Source of the DNA: Candidatus Omnitrophota bacterium
GTDB taxonomy: Bacteria > Omnitrophota > Gorgyraeia > Zapsychrales > Fredricksoniimonadaceae
Assembly: GCA_028870995.1 (NCBI GenBank)
Contig: JAGWOI010000003.1
Coordinates: 39,955-103,954, forward strand
Reading direction: 5' to 3'
Length of the DNA stretch: 64,000 nt
The translations under genes and the position numbers were made by a program. Below, piece after piece: positions 8,956 through 19,100 of the stretch (position 1 is its first letter; each line of letters opens with the position of its first letter). The notes beneath the pieces are model-generated. The model was given only the letters and a program-made list of their open reading frames with translations, had not been told where the DNA came from and did not search any database.

Positions 8956-10531
8956 TCCTACCGTCGGGGATTTAAGCGGGAACACCCGTAAGATCTTGGA
9001 ATACGCCGCTCAAGCTTCCAAAGCCGGTGTCGCCCTAGCGGTGTTTCCCGAACTGGCCGTGTGCGGCTACCCTCCGGAAGACCTTTTGTTAAAGAAACAT
9101 TTCGTGGCGAATAATTTGAAGGCCCTGGATGCGCTGGCCAAAAAGGTCCGCGGCATCACCCTTATAGCCGGCTTCGTAGACAGCGATTCATCAGGCAAAA
9201 TTTATAATGCCGCCGCCATCATCAGCGAAGGCAAGGTGCAGCAGGTTTACCATAAGCAGGAATTGCCGAATTACGGCGTTTTTGACGAGAAGCGTTATTT
9301 TGCCGCTGGGCATGAGCCTTGTGTTTTCACCCTGGAGGGCGTTAAAATAGGGCTTAACATTTGCGAGGATATTTGGATCGACGGGGCTGTTTATCAATGG
9401 GAGGTCAAGGGCGGCGCTCAAATCCTAATCAACATTTCCTCGTCGCCTTATCAGGCCGGCAAGGTCAAAGAGCGCGAGGAACTCCTGAGGCGCCGTGTTA
9501 AGGAAACCCGGGTGCCGTTGGCCTATATCAACTGTGTCGGCGGCCAGGATGAGCTTGTCTTTGACGGGGGCAGCATGGTGGTGGGGGCTGGCGGCCGGCT
9601 GCTGGCACGGGCCGCGCAATTCAACGAAGAGCTTTTGACGGTTGATCTCAACCGGAAGGACAATCCGGTGGCGCCGGTCTTAGACAACAACGAGGAGATC
9701 TACAAGGCCTTGGTGACGGGTACGCGGGATTATGCGTTAAAGAATGGTTTTAAAAAAGTGGCGTTAGGCTTAAGCGGCGGCATCGACTCGGCCCTGGTGG
9801 CTTGCATTGCCTGCGATGCCTTTGGGCCTGAAAATGTGACTGCGATTTCCATGCCCAGCACCTTCAGCAGCCGCGGCACCCGCCAGGATGCCCGGATGCT
9901 GGCCAAGAATTTGCGCATGGAACTCAAAGAGATCCCTATCAAAAAAGTCTTCGCCTCTTATTTAAAAACCATGCAGAAACTTTTTGCCCGACTGCCCTGG
10001 AGCATTGCCGAGGAAAACATCCAGGCGCGCATCCGCGGCAATATTTTGATGGCCATGTCGAATAAATTCGGCTGGCTTATTTTGACCACAGGCAACAAAA
10101 GTGAAATGGCCGTGGGATACTGCACGCTGTACGGCGACATGTCAGGCGGGTATGCGGTCATCAAGGATGTTTTCAAAACCAAGGTGTATGAATTGTCCAG
10201 GTACCGTAACAGCCTAGGGTCCCAGCCGGTTATTCCCAAAAGCATTTTGCTTAGGAGCCCCACCGCTGAGTTGAGATTGAATCAGACCGACGAGGAGACT
10301 CTGGGGGCTTACGAAGACCTCGATAAGATATTGATGGCCTACATTGAGGGGCACGCTTCGCCGTCCGACATCGTCGCGTCAGGGATCGACGAAAAGCACG
10401 TTCTTCAGACCGTGCGCCTGGTTGACATGAATGAATATAAAAGGCGCCAGGCCCCGCCGGGCGTCAAGATAACGCCCTGTGCTTTCGGCAAGGATTGGCG
10501 CCTACCCATCACCAACAAGTATAAGGAGTAA
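8927..10531 (+). CDS. nadE: Glutamine-dependent NAD+ synthetase
   Basis: Nitrilase-type domain (FPEL, K, ICED triad) plus LSGGIDS, ENIQARIRG, TGNKSE, PTAEL, EYKRRQAPPG. Confidence 0.96.
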   Translation: MIKLALAQINPTVGDLSGNTRKILEYAAQASKAGVALAVFPELAVCGYPPEDLLLKKHFVANNLKALDALAKKVRGITLIAGFVDSDSSGKIYNAAAIISEGKVQQVYHKQELPNYGVFDEKRYFAAGHEPCVFTLEGVKIGLNICEDIWIDGAVYQWEVKGGAQILINISSSPYQAGKVKEREELLRRRVKETRVPLAYINCVGGQDELVFDGGSMVVGAGGRLLARAAQFNEELLTVDLNRKDNPVAPVLDNNEEIYKALVTGTRDYALKNGFKKVALGLSGGIDSALVACIACDAFGPENVTAISMPSTFSSRGTRQDARMLAKNLRMELKEIPIKKVFASYLKTMQKLFARLPWSIAEENIQARIRGNILMAMSNKFGWLILTTGNKSEMAVGYCTLYGDMSGGYAVIKDVFKTKVYELSRYRNSLGSQPVIPKSILLRSPTAELRLNQTDEETLGAYEDLDKILMAYIEGHASPSDIVASGIDEKHVLQTVRLVDMNEYKRRQAPPGVKITPCAFGKDWRLPITNKYKE

Positions 10532-10532
10532 C

Positions 10533-11222
10533 TTGAAACTATCCATCGTCATTCCAGCTTATAATGAAGAGGCGACCATCGAAGAGATCATTGCTAAGGT
10601 GCGCGCCGCGCCCCTGCCGGCCGGACTGATGCGGGAGATCGTGGTTGTCAACGACGGGTCAAAGGACCGGACAGGGGACATCCTTAGGCGCTTCGAGGGG
10701 CAGCCGGACATAGCCATCGTCCACCAGGCCAATCAGGGCAAGACCGCGGCGCTGCTGACCGGATTCAAAAAGGCCACAGGAGAGATCCTGCTCGTCCAGG
10801 ACGCTGACCTGGAATATGATCCGAATCAATACCCGCGCCTGGTACAGCCCATTTTGGACCGCACCACGGATGTGGTCTATGGTTCGCGTTTTTTGGGGGT
10901 CATCGAGGGTATGGAACCCGTCAACCGCTGGGCGAATCTCATTTCCAATTGGACCTTCCGTCTTTTATACGGCGTCAAGATCACAGACATCAATACGTGT
11001 TACAAGGTCTTTACCTACCGGGCGTGGGCAGACATGGTCATTACATCCAGGAATTTTGCCTTTGAAACAGAGTTTACCGTGAGGCTGCTTAGGCAGGGGT
11101 TTGGCATCAAGGAAGTTCCCATTGAGTATAAGGCCCGTTCCCGGCAAGCCGGCAAAAAGATCAATTGGTCCACAGCCATGGAGATGTTCTGGCCGATCAT
11201 CAAGTACCGGTTTATGCGATAA
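10533..11222 (+). CDS. GT2 glycosyltransferase, DPM1-like polyprenyl-phosphate sugar synthase
   Basis: SIVIPAYNE, VNDGSKD, NQGK, QDADLEYDP, VVYGSRF, FAFETE; TTG start after AAGGAG. Confidence 0.88.
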   Translation: MKLSIVIPAYNEEATIEEIIAKVRAAPLPAGLMREIVVVNDGSKDRTGDILRRFEGQPDIAIVHQANQGKTAALLTGFKKATGEILLVQDADLEYDPNQYPRLVQPILDRTTDVVYGSRFLGVIEGMEPVNRWANLISNWTFRLLYGVKITDINTCYKVFTYRAWADMVITSRNFAFETEFTVRLLRQGFGIKEVPIEYKARSRQAGKKINWSTAMEMFWPIIKYRFMR

Positions 11223-11228
11223 AATTTA

Positions 11229-13097
11229 ATGTTCCTGTTTCTCCCCGTACTGTTTTTATTTTTCTGTACCCTCGTTGCCCTTCGGTATGTGCCGGGCTGG
11301 AGGGAGTCCTTTCTTATCGCCGCCGTACTGGCGGGGACCTTGTTGACGGCGATCACGGAAATTTTAAGTTTGATGAAGTCCTTTAGTTTTTATCCGCTGA
11401 TGGCCGCCTGGTTGTTCCTGACGGGCGGCGCGGTATGTTTTGTCTGGAATGTCAGGCGCAGCATTCCGAGACCACAGATTAATGTCGGGGATTGGTCCCT
11501 GAGTGAGAAAATACTTTTAGGCTTTATTGTTTTTATCGGTTTCATCACGGCCATCACTGCTTACGTCGGGGCTCCCAATACCTGGGACTCAATGACCTAC
11601 CATCTTTCTAGAGTGGCCCATTGGATACAGGATAAAACCGTCAGCTTTTACCCCACCCATATTCTCCGGCAATTGTACTCGAGCCCTTGGGCCGAATATG
11701 CGGTTGCCCATTTACGCATTTTGGGCGGCGGCCAGACCAGTCCCAATTTTGTCCAGTGGACGTCCATGGCAGGCAGCCTGGTGGCGGCATCGCTTATTGC
11801 CCAGCAACTGGGAGCCGGACGCAGAGGACAGTTATTGGCCGCGGCCCTTGCCGCTTGTCTGCCCATGGGCATTTTGCAATCGGTCAGCACTCAGACGGAT
11901 TATGCCGCAAGTTTTTGGTTGATCGGTTTTGTATATTTCCTGATAGAAGGTATCCGCAAGTTTTCTCTTGTCCGCTGCATTGCCATTGGCTTGAGTTTGG
12001 GGCTGGCCTTTTTAACCAAAGGTTATGAGTATGTTCTTGTCCTGCCTTTTTTAGCATGGTTTTTGACAGGATGCCTTAAGCAGAGTTTTTCCCGAAGCCT
12101 AACGGCCTTAGCGCTGGTCATGCTTTGTGTTCTTGGTTTGAATATGGGCCAATATTGGCGTAATGCCAGGGCCTTCGGTTCCCCGCAGTGGACGGATGTG
12201 TCGCTGACCAATGCGTCCTTCGGCCCCAGAGTTTTGTGGGTCAATGTGTTGCGCAATGCGGCGATTCAATTGGCAACTCCTTTTGAGGATGCCGATGAAA
12301 GCATCCAACAAGGCATGACCAGGGCGGCCCAATGGCTGGGGGCGGACATCAATGACCCCCGCGCGAGTTTCACTAGCAATTTTTCCGTTCCGGGCTTGAG
12401 CTTTGATGAAGATTACGCCGGTAATTTCCTTCATTCCATTTTGTTTATAATAATTTTTGTTGCCTGTTGGTTTTACCGGGAAAACAAAAACAGGGTTCGC
12501 TCTTATGTGCTGTGTGTTTTGACGTCGTTTCTTTTGTTTTGTTTGATCGTGCGGTTTTCTCCCTGGAACGTCCGTTTTCATCTGCCGCTTTATATTTTAT
12601 TTTGTCCCGTCGCTGGAACGGTAACCGAATATTTTTTAAAACAGAAGAGCATCGCTGTCGCGGCTTTGTTCTTTTTGGCGGCAGGGCCGTGGATGTTTTT
12701 GGATCATGAGCATCCGTGGTTTGGTCACCGCAGCATTTGGAGGGTGCCTCAGCCGGCCCAGTATTTTTATAAGCACGCGGACCTGGCCCTGCCGTACGCG
12801 CAAAGCGCAGGGTATATAAAATCCACAGGCTGCCGCAGGGTGGGGCTGCTGTTGGGAGCAGACTCATGGGAGTATCCTTGGTGGGTGCTCCTTGGGCCGG
12901 GAGTCCGTATAGAGCATGTGGGGGTAAAAAACCGTTCAATGGGCTTAAGGTATCCGGCGGGTGATTTTGATGCCTGCGTTATTATTGCCGAAGGCACAGG
13001 TGTTCCTGTCATTATGGAGGGTTCTTCCCTTTATGGTTTGGCAGGGCGGACACCCGGCGGCTTGGTAAGTATTTATAAGAAGATGGAGAGTATATAA
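11229..13097 (+). CDS. Polytopic GT-C fold (ArnT/PMT-like) glycosyltransferase
   Basis: More than 10 TM; PNTWDSMTYHL loop, STQTD, GLAFLTK; follows a GT2 gene. Confidence 0.72.
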   Translation: MFLFLPVLFLFFCTLVALRYVPGWRESFLIAAVLAGTLLTAITEILSLMKSFSFYPLMAAWLFLTGGAVCFVWNVRRSIPRPQINVGDWSLSEKILLGFIVFIGFITAITAYVGAPNTWDSMTYHLSRVAHWIQDKTVSFYPTHILRQLYSSPWAEYAVAHLRILGGGQTSPNFVQWTSMAGSLVAASLIAQQLGAGRRGQLLAAALAACLPMGILQSVSTQTDYAASFWLIGFVYFLIEGIRKFSLVRCIAIGLSLGLAFLTKGYEYVLVLPFLAWFLTGCLKQSFSRSLTALALVMLCVLGLNMGQYWRNARAFGSPQWTDVSLTNASFGPRVLWVNVLRNAAIQLATPFEDADESIQQGMTRAAQWLGADINDPRASFTSNFSVPGLSFDEDYAGNFLHSILFIIIFVACWFYRENKNRVRSYVLCVLTSFLLFCLIVRFSPWNVRFHLPLYILFCPVAGTVTEYFLKQKSIAVAALFFLAAGPWMFLDHEHPWFGHRSIWRVPQPAQYFYKHADLALPYAQSAGYIKSTGCRRVGLLLGADSWEYPWWVLLGPGVRIEHVGVKNRSMGLRYPAGDFDACVIIAEGTGVPVIMEGSSLYGLAGRTPGGLVSIYKKMESI

Positions 13098-13099
13098 AC

Positions 13100-14503
13100 A
13101 TGGCCAGATGGGCTAAGGCGGTTTTGGTTCTTTGTGTGCTGTGGTGGGTTTATTTGTTTTTTGTCACCCAAATCGTCGTGGTTTTTGATTCCACCGGATA
13201 TGAGAGCGCGGGGCGGTTGATTGCCCAGCACGGGTTTGCCGAATTCCTGAGGGAGGGGCCGCAGCGCGAGCCGATGTTCGCCTGCCTGATCGCCTTGTCC
13301 ATGCACCTGGGGCATTGGTGGGGGATCTCCTATTATTATCCTTTAAAAATGATAGGAATTCTCTTTCTGTTTCTGACCATGGTCTTCTCTTACCAGCTGA
13401 TGAAGCTTTTATCCATCCGGCCTTGGCTTGCGGCCTTGACCCTTCTTTACATGGGTCTCTCGCCGGTGATGACCAATTCCAGCATGCGTTTATGGTCGGA
13501 ATTCGCTGCGTATCCCTGGGTGGTCCTGGCTGTGCTCTGGACCATAAAATCGTGGAAAGCCCTTGAAGATGCGGCGCCGGAGGGTCGGGAAGATTTTAAG
13601 ATGGTCCGGCATGGCGCCTTGGTGGCCCTGGCGTTTTTGCTCATCATGTCGGTCAAGGCGGTGGCTGAAGGAGTGATCTTGTGTTATTTGTGGCCTTTTT
13701 ACGGACGGATTTTTTCTTATTGGCGTCAAAAGAATTTTATCAAGGCGCGGCAGGCGGCCTTGTTTGTCCTGACGGCGCTTATGATTTTTGAGGGTGCGGT
13801 AGTTGCGTATAAATGGGCCAATTACCATTATAACAGGCAGTTCACCTTCACCACGCGTGGGGACTATGCCTTCTATGGCAACACGGCGCGCCGCATGCAG
13901 CCCTTGACCGCCAAAAGCCTGGGGGCGGCGGTGACCTTTGTGGCCGGAGGGAACCTGTGCCCGTCGTTGTTTGGACAGGAAGCTTGCGATTTCTGGTCCG
14001 CCCGCCATTCGGATGACATCATCGGCCAGAAGCAAAAAGAACTGGCCCAAAAGAAACTTACGGCTGACGAAGCCTCACGATATTATATCAAGAATTCCAT
14101 TCAGATAATTCTCTCCAATCCCTTGCAGGCTCTGCTGTTGATGGTTGTTGAGGCCCATAAAATGTTTTTTTGGGAATCGGCCATTGCCTTTGTGGCTTAT
14201 CCGGACTGGTTGGAAAAGATTTTTTATAATCCCTCGTTTATCGCCTTGACCAAGAATGTCATGGCTTTTTTGTCTTGGTCGGCGATGCTGTTCGGGTTGA
14301 TTTACCTTTGCCGCCCTCGTCGGCAGGAGGAGGACCGAGGTCAGAGGGAAGCCCTGCTTTGGGTTGTTAATTTTCTTTTTTGGTACATGGGGATGTACTC
14401 ATTGTTTTTTATCCTGGACCGCTATTCCTTTCCCTTAATATCGTTGTATCTGGTTTTGGTCGCGTTTATGGTACAGAAAACATTAAAGGCTTTCGTCAAA
14501 TGA
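13100..14503 (+). CDS. Polytopic membrane protein, probable GT-C-like glycosyltransferase
   Basis: FDSTGY after TM1, REPMF, WSE, C-terminal DRYSFP; many TMs. Confidence 0.6.
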   Translation: MARWAKAVLVLCVLWWVYLFFVTQIVVVFDSTGYESAGRLIAQHGFAEFLREGPQREPMFACLIALSMHLGHWWGISYYYPLKMIGILFLFLTMVFSYQLMKLLSIRPWLAALTLLYMGLSPVMTNSSMRLWSEFAAYPWVVLAVLWTIKSWKALEDAAPEGREDFKMVRHGALVALAFLLIMSVKAVAEGVILCYLWPFYGRIFSYWRQKNFIKARQAALFVLTALMIFEGAVVAYKWANYHYNRQFTFTTRGDYAFYGNTARRMQPLTAKSLGAAVTFVAGGNLCPSLFGQEACDFWSARHSDDIIGQKQKELAQKKLTADEASRYYIKNSIQIILSNPLQALLLMVVEAHKMFFWESAIAFVAYPDWLEKIFYNPSFIALTKNVMAFLSWSAMLFGLIYLCRPRRQEEDRGQREALLWVVNFLFWYMGMYSLFFILDRYSFPLISLYLVLVAFMVQKTLKAFVK

Positions 14504-15342
14504 GGCTGCGCTTTCTAAAAAGACACCCTTTCTATGTCCTGATGGGACTCTTGGTCGCCATTCAGCTGGTCTGGTTTTGGATCTCTCCCACAGGGTTTAA
14601 GGCCGCCTGGAGCCGGAATCCGCTGGTGGCTGAAATCATCAAAGAACATTCCCTGGCCAACCAAAAGGCCAAGATCATGGCCATCAGTTACTATTTTCCG
14701 GACTTTTCTTATTTTTCCGATATCGTTGCGGGCCGTGCCCAGCCAAGAGCCGAACTGATGGACGGCTATCATTTCGGCAAACCGTACATTTTTCATATGT
14801 ATTATCAACTGACGGCCAATTATTTCCCTGATAATGACGTGGCCCAGTACTTGCTGGGGTTTTGTGATTATTACATGGAGCATATGGATAAGGCCAAGAG
14901 GCATTATGAAAAGTCACTGGCCATAAATCCCTATTTTTTTTGGACATATTATAATCTCGGCGTCATTTATTTCCGCCAGCGGGATTATTACCACAGCGCC
15001 GTCTTTCTGAACAAAGCCTTGTCGGTCAGAAAAGAAATAGCGCTAGCCATGTTAAGCCAGAGCCCTTTTTACCGCCAGATTTGGCATAATTTGAACGATC
15101 CCCCCCAAATATTGGAAGGTAACCTGATGACGGCTCAGCAGGATGCCTTGCTTCTGATGGCAGCCTGTTTTGTCAAAGCAGGGGCCTATGACCAGGCGCT
15201 GCGGGTCGTTCAATCCGTTCCAGGCAACGGTTGGCACCAGGGCCTGCGGCGACAAATCAGGCAGCAGGCACTAAGCAGACAACCTCTGGGGGGAGTGCTG
15301 GAAGGTTTGCTGCAAAAGAAGATTGTGGTAAGATTATTCTAA
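14500..15342 (+). CDS. Membrane-anchored TPR protein
   Basis: N-terminal TM; TPRs AQYLLGFCDYY...AKRHYEKSLAINP...TYYNLGVIYF; ATGA overlap with upstream stop. Confidence 0.75.
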   Translation: MRLRFLKRHPFYVLMGLLVAIQLVWFWISPTGFKAAWSRNPLVAEIIKEHSLANQKAKIMAISYYFPDFSYFSDIVAGRAQPRAELMDGYHFGKPYIFHMYYQLTANYFPDNDVAQYLLGFCDYYMEHMDKAKRHYEKSLAINPYFFWTYYNLGVIYFRQRDYYHSAVFLNKALSVRKEIALAMLSQSPFYRQIWHNLNDPPQILEGNLMTAQQDALLLMAACFVKAGAYDQALRVVQSVPGNGWHQGLRRQIRQQALSRQPLGGVLEGLLQKKIVVRLF

Positions 15343-15348
15343 TCATTT

Positions 15349-16053
15349 ATGAAAATATCGATCATTATTCCGGCCAAGGATGAGGCCAAGCGTCTGCCTT
15401 CCTTTCTAAGAGGGGTCATCGATTATTGCCGCCGGTCTTCCCAGAATTATGAGATCATCGTGGTGGACGACGGCAGCCGGGACCAAACCACCCAAGCTGC
15501 GCTGGCTTTCCAGAAAGAATTCCCGGCGTTGAAGGTGATCAGCCTTAAACGCAATCATGGCAAAGGCTACGCCATCAAACAGGGGTTTATGGCCGCACGG
15601 GGGGATATCCTGCTGTTTATGGATGCCGATGGATCGACCCTCCCCGATGAAATCGAACGCCACCTGAAGATTTTTGAGGAAGGTTATGACATCGTCATCG
15701 GCTCCAGGGTGCTTCAGGACGGGCAGTCCCAGGTCAAAACCAAGGTCCATCGCAAATGGATGGGTACGGTCTTTAATTTTCTGGTTGCACAGATGCTCCT
15801 GAAAGGGATCAGGGACACCCAATGCGGTTTCAAAATGTTCCGGGCGGCGGTGGTACCCAAACTGTTCGGCAAAATGCGCCTGGAAGGCTACGGCTTTGAC
15901 CTGGAAATCTTATATTTGGCCCAAAAAAGCGGGCTGCGCATCAAGGAAACAGCGGTCAATTGGACCCATGTGGATGGCAGCAAGGTTGATCTTTTCAAGG
16001 ATTCCCTGCACATGTTCCTCAATATCATCCAAATCAAGAATTGGCACGGTTAA
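15349..16053 (+). CDS. GT2 dolichyl/polyprenyl-phosphate beta-glucosyltransferase (ALG5-like)
   Basis: VVDDGSRD, NHGKG, FMDADGST, VIGSR, DTQCGFKMF, GYGFDLE, GSKV. Confidence 0.88.
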   Translation: MKISIIIPAKDEAKRLPSFLRGVIDYCRRSSQNYEIIVVDDGSRDQTTQAALAFQKEFPALKVISLKRNHGKGYAIKQGFMAARGDILLFMDADGSTLPDEIERHLKIFEEGYDIVIGSRVLQDGQSQVKTKVHRKWMGTVFNFLVAQMLLKGIRDTQCGFKMFRAAVVPKLFGKMRLEGYGFDLEILYLAQKSGLRIKETAVNWTHVDGSKVDLFKDSLHMFLNIIQIKNWHG

Positions 16054-16066
16054 GTGCTAAATTAAG

Positions 16067-16160
16067 TTGCAATTTTTGACCAATAATAATACAATAACCC
16101 CTTCTGACACAACTGCATTTGGTCTTTAAAAACCCTATTGCTTGAAGTGGCGGTAGGGTT
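16067..16160 (+). promoter_or_regulatory. gltB promoter and 5'-UTR hairpin
   Basis: TTGCAA-N17-TACAAT (16067-16095); hairpin AACCCTATTGC/GCGGTAGGGTT (16131-16160). Confidence 0.5.
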
Positions 16161-16182
16161 AAATTATGAGGCAGGTTAGAGC

Positions 16183-19100
16183 ATGGGTTTTCCGCCAAAA
16201 CAAGGGTTATACGATCCGCAATTCGAGCATGATTCCTGCGGTGTGGGATTTATCGCGCACATCAAGGGCCACAAGTCCCATGACATCATCCGCAGCGGCA
16301 TCCAGATTTTAGAAAATTTGACGCACCGCGGCGCCTGCGGCTGTGATCCCGAGACCGGAGACGGGGCCGGTATCCTGATGCAGATGCCGGACGCGTTTTT
16401 CCGCAAGGAATTGGTTTCGCTTCATCTGGAACTTCCGCCGCCCGGCGACTATGCGGCGGGGCTGGTATTCCTGCCAACCTCGCTGGATGACTGTAACGTC
16501 ATTGAGGAGTGGACCGAGCACATCATCCATGAGGAAGGGCAGAAATTGATCGGCTGGCGCCAGGTGCCGCATGAGCCCAACAAGGTTGGACGGGTGGCCC
16601 GTTCCGTGATGCCGGCTTTCAAGCAACTGTTCATTGCGCGCGGCCCCAAGACGCCCCGGGAAGATTTTGACCGCAAGCTTTATGTGATCCGCAAGCGTTT
16701 GTGGAACAAGGTGTACCATTCCACCCTGCCGCAAAAGAATTATTATTATTTCTGTTCGCTCAATAGCCATACCCTGGTCTATAAGGGGCAGTTGATGAGC
16801 GAGCAGGTGGACCGTTTCTTCCCGGATTTAAGCGATCCTGCCATGGTGTCGGCTATTGCCTTGGTACATTCGCGGTATTCGACGAACACCTTTCCCAGCT
16901 GGGCCCTGGCGCATCCGTACCGCTATATCGCCCATAACGGCGAGATCAATACCCTGCGCGGCAACATCAACTGGATCCAGACGCGGGAAAAGCAGTTCGT
17001 GTCCAAGGCCTTCGGCAGCGATCTGGCCAAGGTGCTGCCTATCGTCGTGCCGCATGGCTCGGACACCGCCACCTTTGATAATGTGCTGGAGATGCTAGTG
17101 CTGTGCGGGCGTTCGCTGCCACATGCCATGATGATGATGATCCCGGAAGCCTGGAGCAATCACCAGGAGATGGACCGCGCCAAAAGGGCGTTCTATGAAT
17201 ACCATTCCTGCCTGATGGAGCCCTGGGACGGCCCGGCGGCCATGGCTTTCTCCGACGGACGGTATGTGGGGGCGCTGCTGGACCGCAACGGGCTTCGTCC
17301 TTCCCGTTATGTGGTGACCAGCGATGATATCGTGATCATGGCCTCGGAAGCCGGTGTTTTGCCGGTGCCCGACGATAAAATAGTGTCCAAAGGCCGCCTG
17401 CAGCCGGGCAAGATGTTCCTGGTAGATATCGCCGAAGGTCGCATCATCGACGACCGCGAGGTCAAGGAAACCTATGCCAAGCAAAAGCCTTATGAAAAGT
17501 GGCTGCGCGAGAACATTGTCGATATCCGCAATCTGCCGGCGCCTAAAAAGGTGCAGGGCCTGGAGGAGGCCACCTTGCTGGAGCGTCAGAGGGCCTTTGG
17601 GTATACCATCGAAGACCTTAAGATCATTTTGCAGCCCATGGCCAAGGGCGAAGAGGCCATCGGCTCCATGGGCAACGACACGCCGTTGGCGGTATTGTCC
17701 GACCGGCCCAAGCTTCTTTTTGAATATTTTAAACAGCTTTTCGCCCAGGTGACCAATCCGCCCATCGATGCCATCCGCGAAGAGATCATCATGGCGGAGG
17801 ACATGATGCTGGGCCCCGAGAGCAACCTGCTTGAGGAAGGGCCGCAGCATTGCCATCGCCTGTGGATCCAGCATCCGGTCGTGACCAATGAGGAATTGGA
17901 AAAGATCCGTCATATCGATCACTCCACCCTGAAGACGCTGACCTTGTCCACGCTCTTTGATAAGAAGGCCGGCGCCGCGGGGCTTAAGAAGTCCTTTGAG
18001 ACCTTGTGTGCCGAGGCGGACCGGGCCATTAAGAAAGGCTACAGCATCCTGGTGCTTTCGGACCGCGGCATTTCGGCCAAGGATGCGCCCATACCGTCGC
18101 TGTTGGCCTGCGCGGGACTGCACCATCATTTGATCCGACGGGGCACCCGCACCAAGGTGAGCCTGGTGGTTGAGACCGGTGAAGCCCGGGAATTGCACCA
18201 TTTTGCTGTTTTGATCGGCTATGGTGCCAACGCGGTTAATCCATACCTGGCCCTGGAAACCATCGAGGCCATGACCAGGGACTCCAAATATGAGCTGGGC
18301 ATTTCTTTCAAGGACGCCCAGAAGAATTTTCAGAAAGCCTGCCATAAAGGTTTGTATAAGATCATCTCGAAAATGGGCATCTCCACGATCCAGTCCTATT
18401 GCGGGGCGCAGATCTTCGAGGCTGTGGGCCTGAGCCAGGAACTGATTGAAAAATATTTTACTGCCACACCTTCGCGCATCGGCGGCATTGACATCGACAT
18501 CGTGGCCAAGGAGGCTTTGATGCGCCATGAGAAGGGGTATCCTCAATGGCCGTCATTAGACCACATGTTGGAAGAGGGTGGAGAGTATGCCTGGCGCAAG
18601 GAGGCGGAGTACCATCAGCTTAACCCGACGACGATTGCCCTGCTGCAGCATGCCACCCGTTCGGGCAATTTCCAGGTGTTCAAACAATATTCCAAGGCGG
18701 TCAATGAGCACAGCCGCCTGGCCGCCAACATCCGCGGTCTTTTGAAATTTAAGCCCGGCAAACCTGTCCCCATCGAAGAGGTGGAACCGGCGTCTGAGAT
18801 CGTCAAGCGCTTTGCCACGGGCGCCATGAGCTACGGTTCCATTTCCAAGGAAGCGCACGAGACCCTGGCCATTGCCATGAACCGTCTGGGCGGCTTCTCC
18901 AATACCGGTGAGGGCGGCGAGGATGCGGTGCGTTTCAAGAAAGACCCTAACGGCGACTGGCGCCGCAGCCGCATCAAGCAGGTGGCTCAGGGCCGTTTCG
19001 GCGTCACTATCGAATACCTGGTCAATGCGGACCAGCTGCAGATCAAGATGGCGCAGGGCGCCAAGCCCGGCGAGGGCGGTCAGCTGCCGGGGCACAAGGT

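Noticed and set aside
16096-16182. Possible ANTAR site in the gltB leader
   Set aside because: The hairpin lacks the GGGC-loop-GTCC motif, the A1/G4 loop and a U tract.
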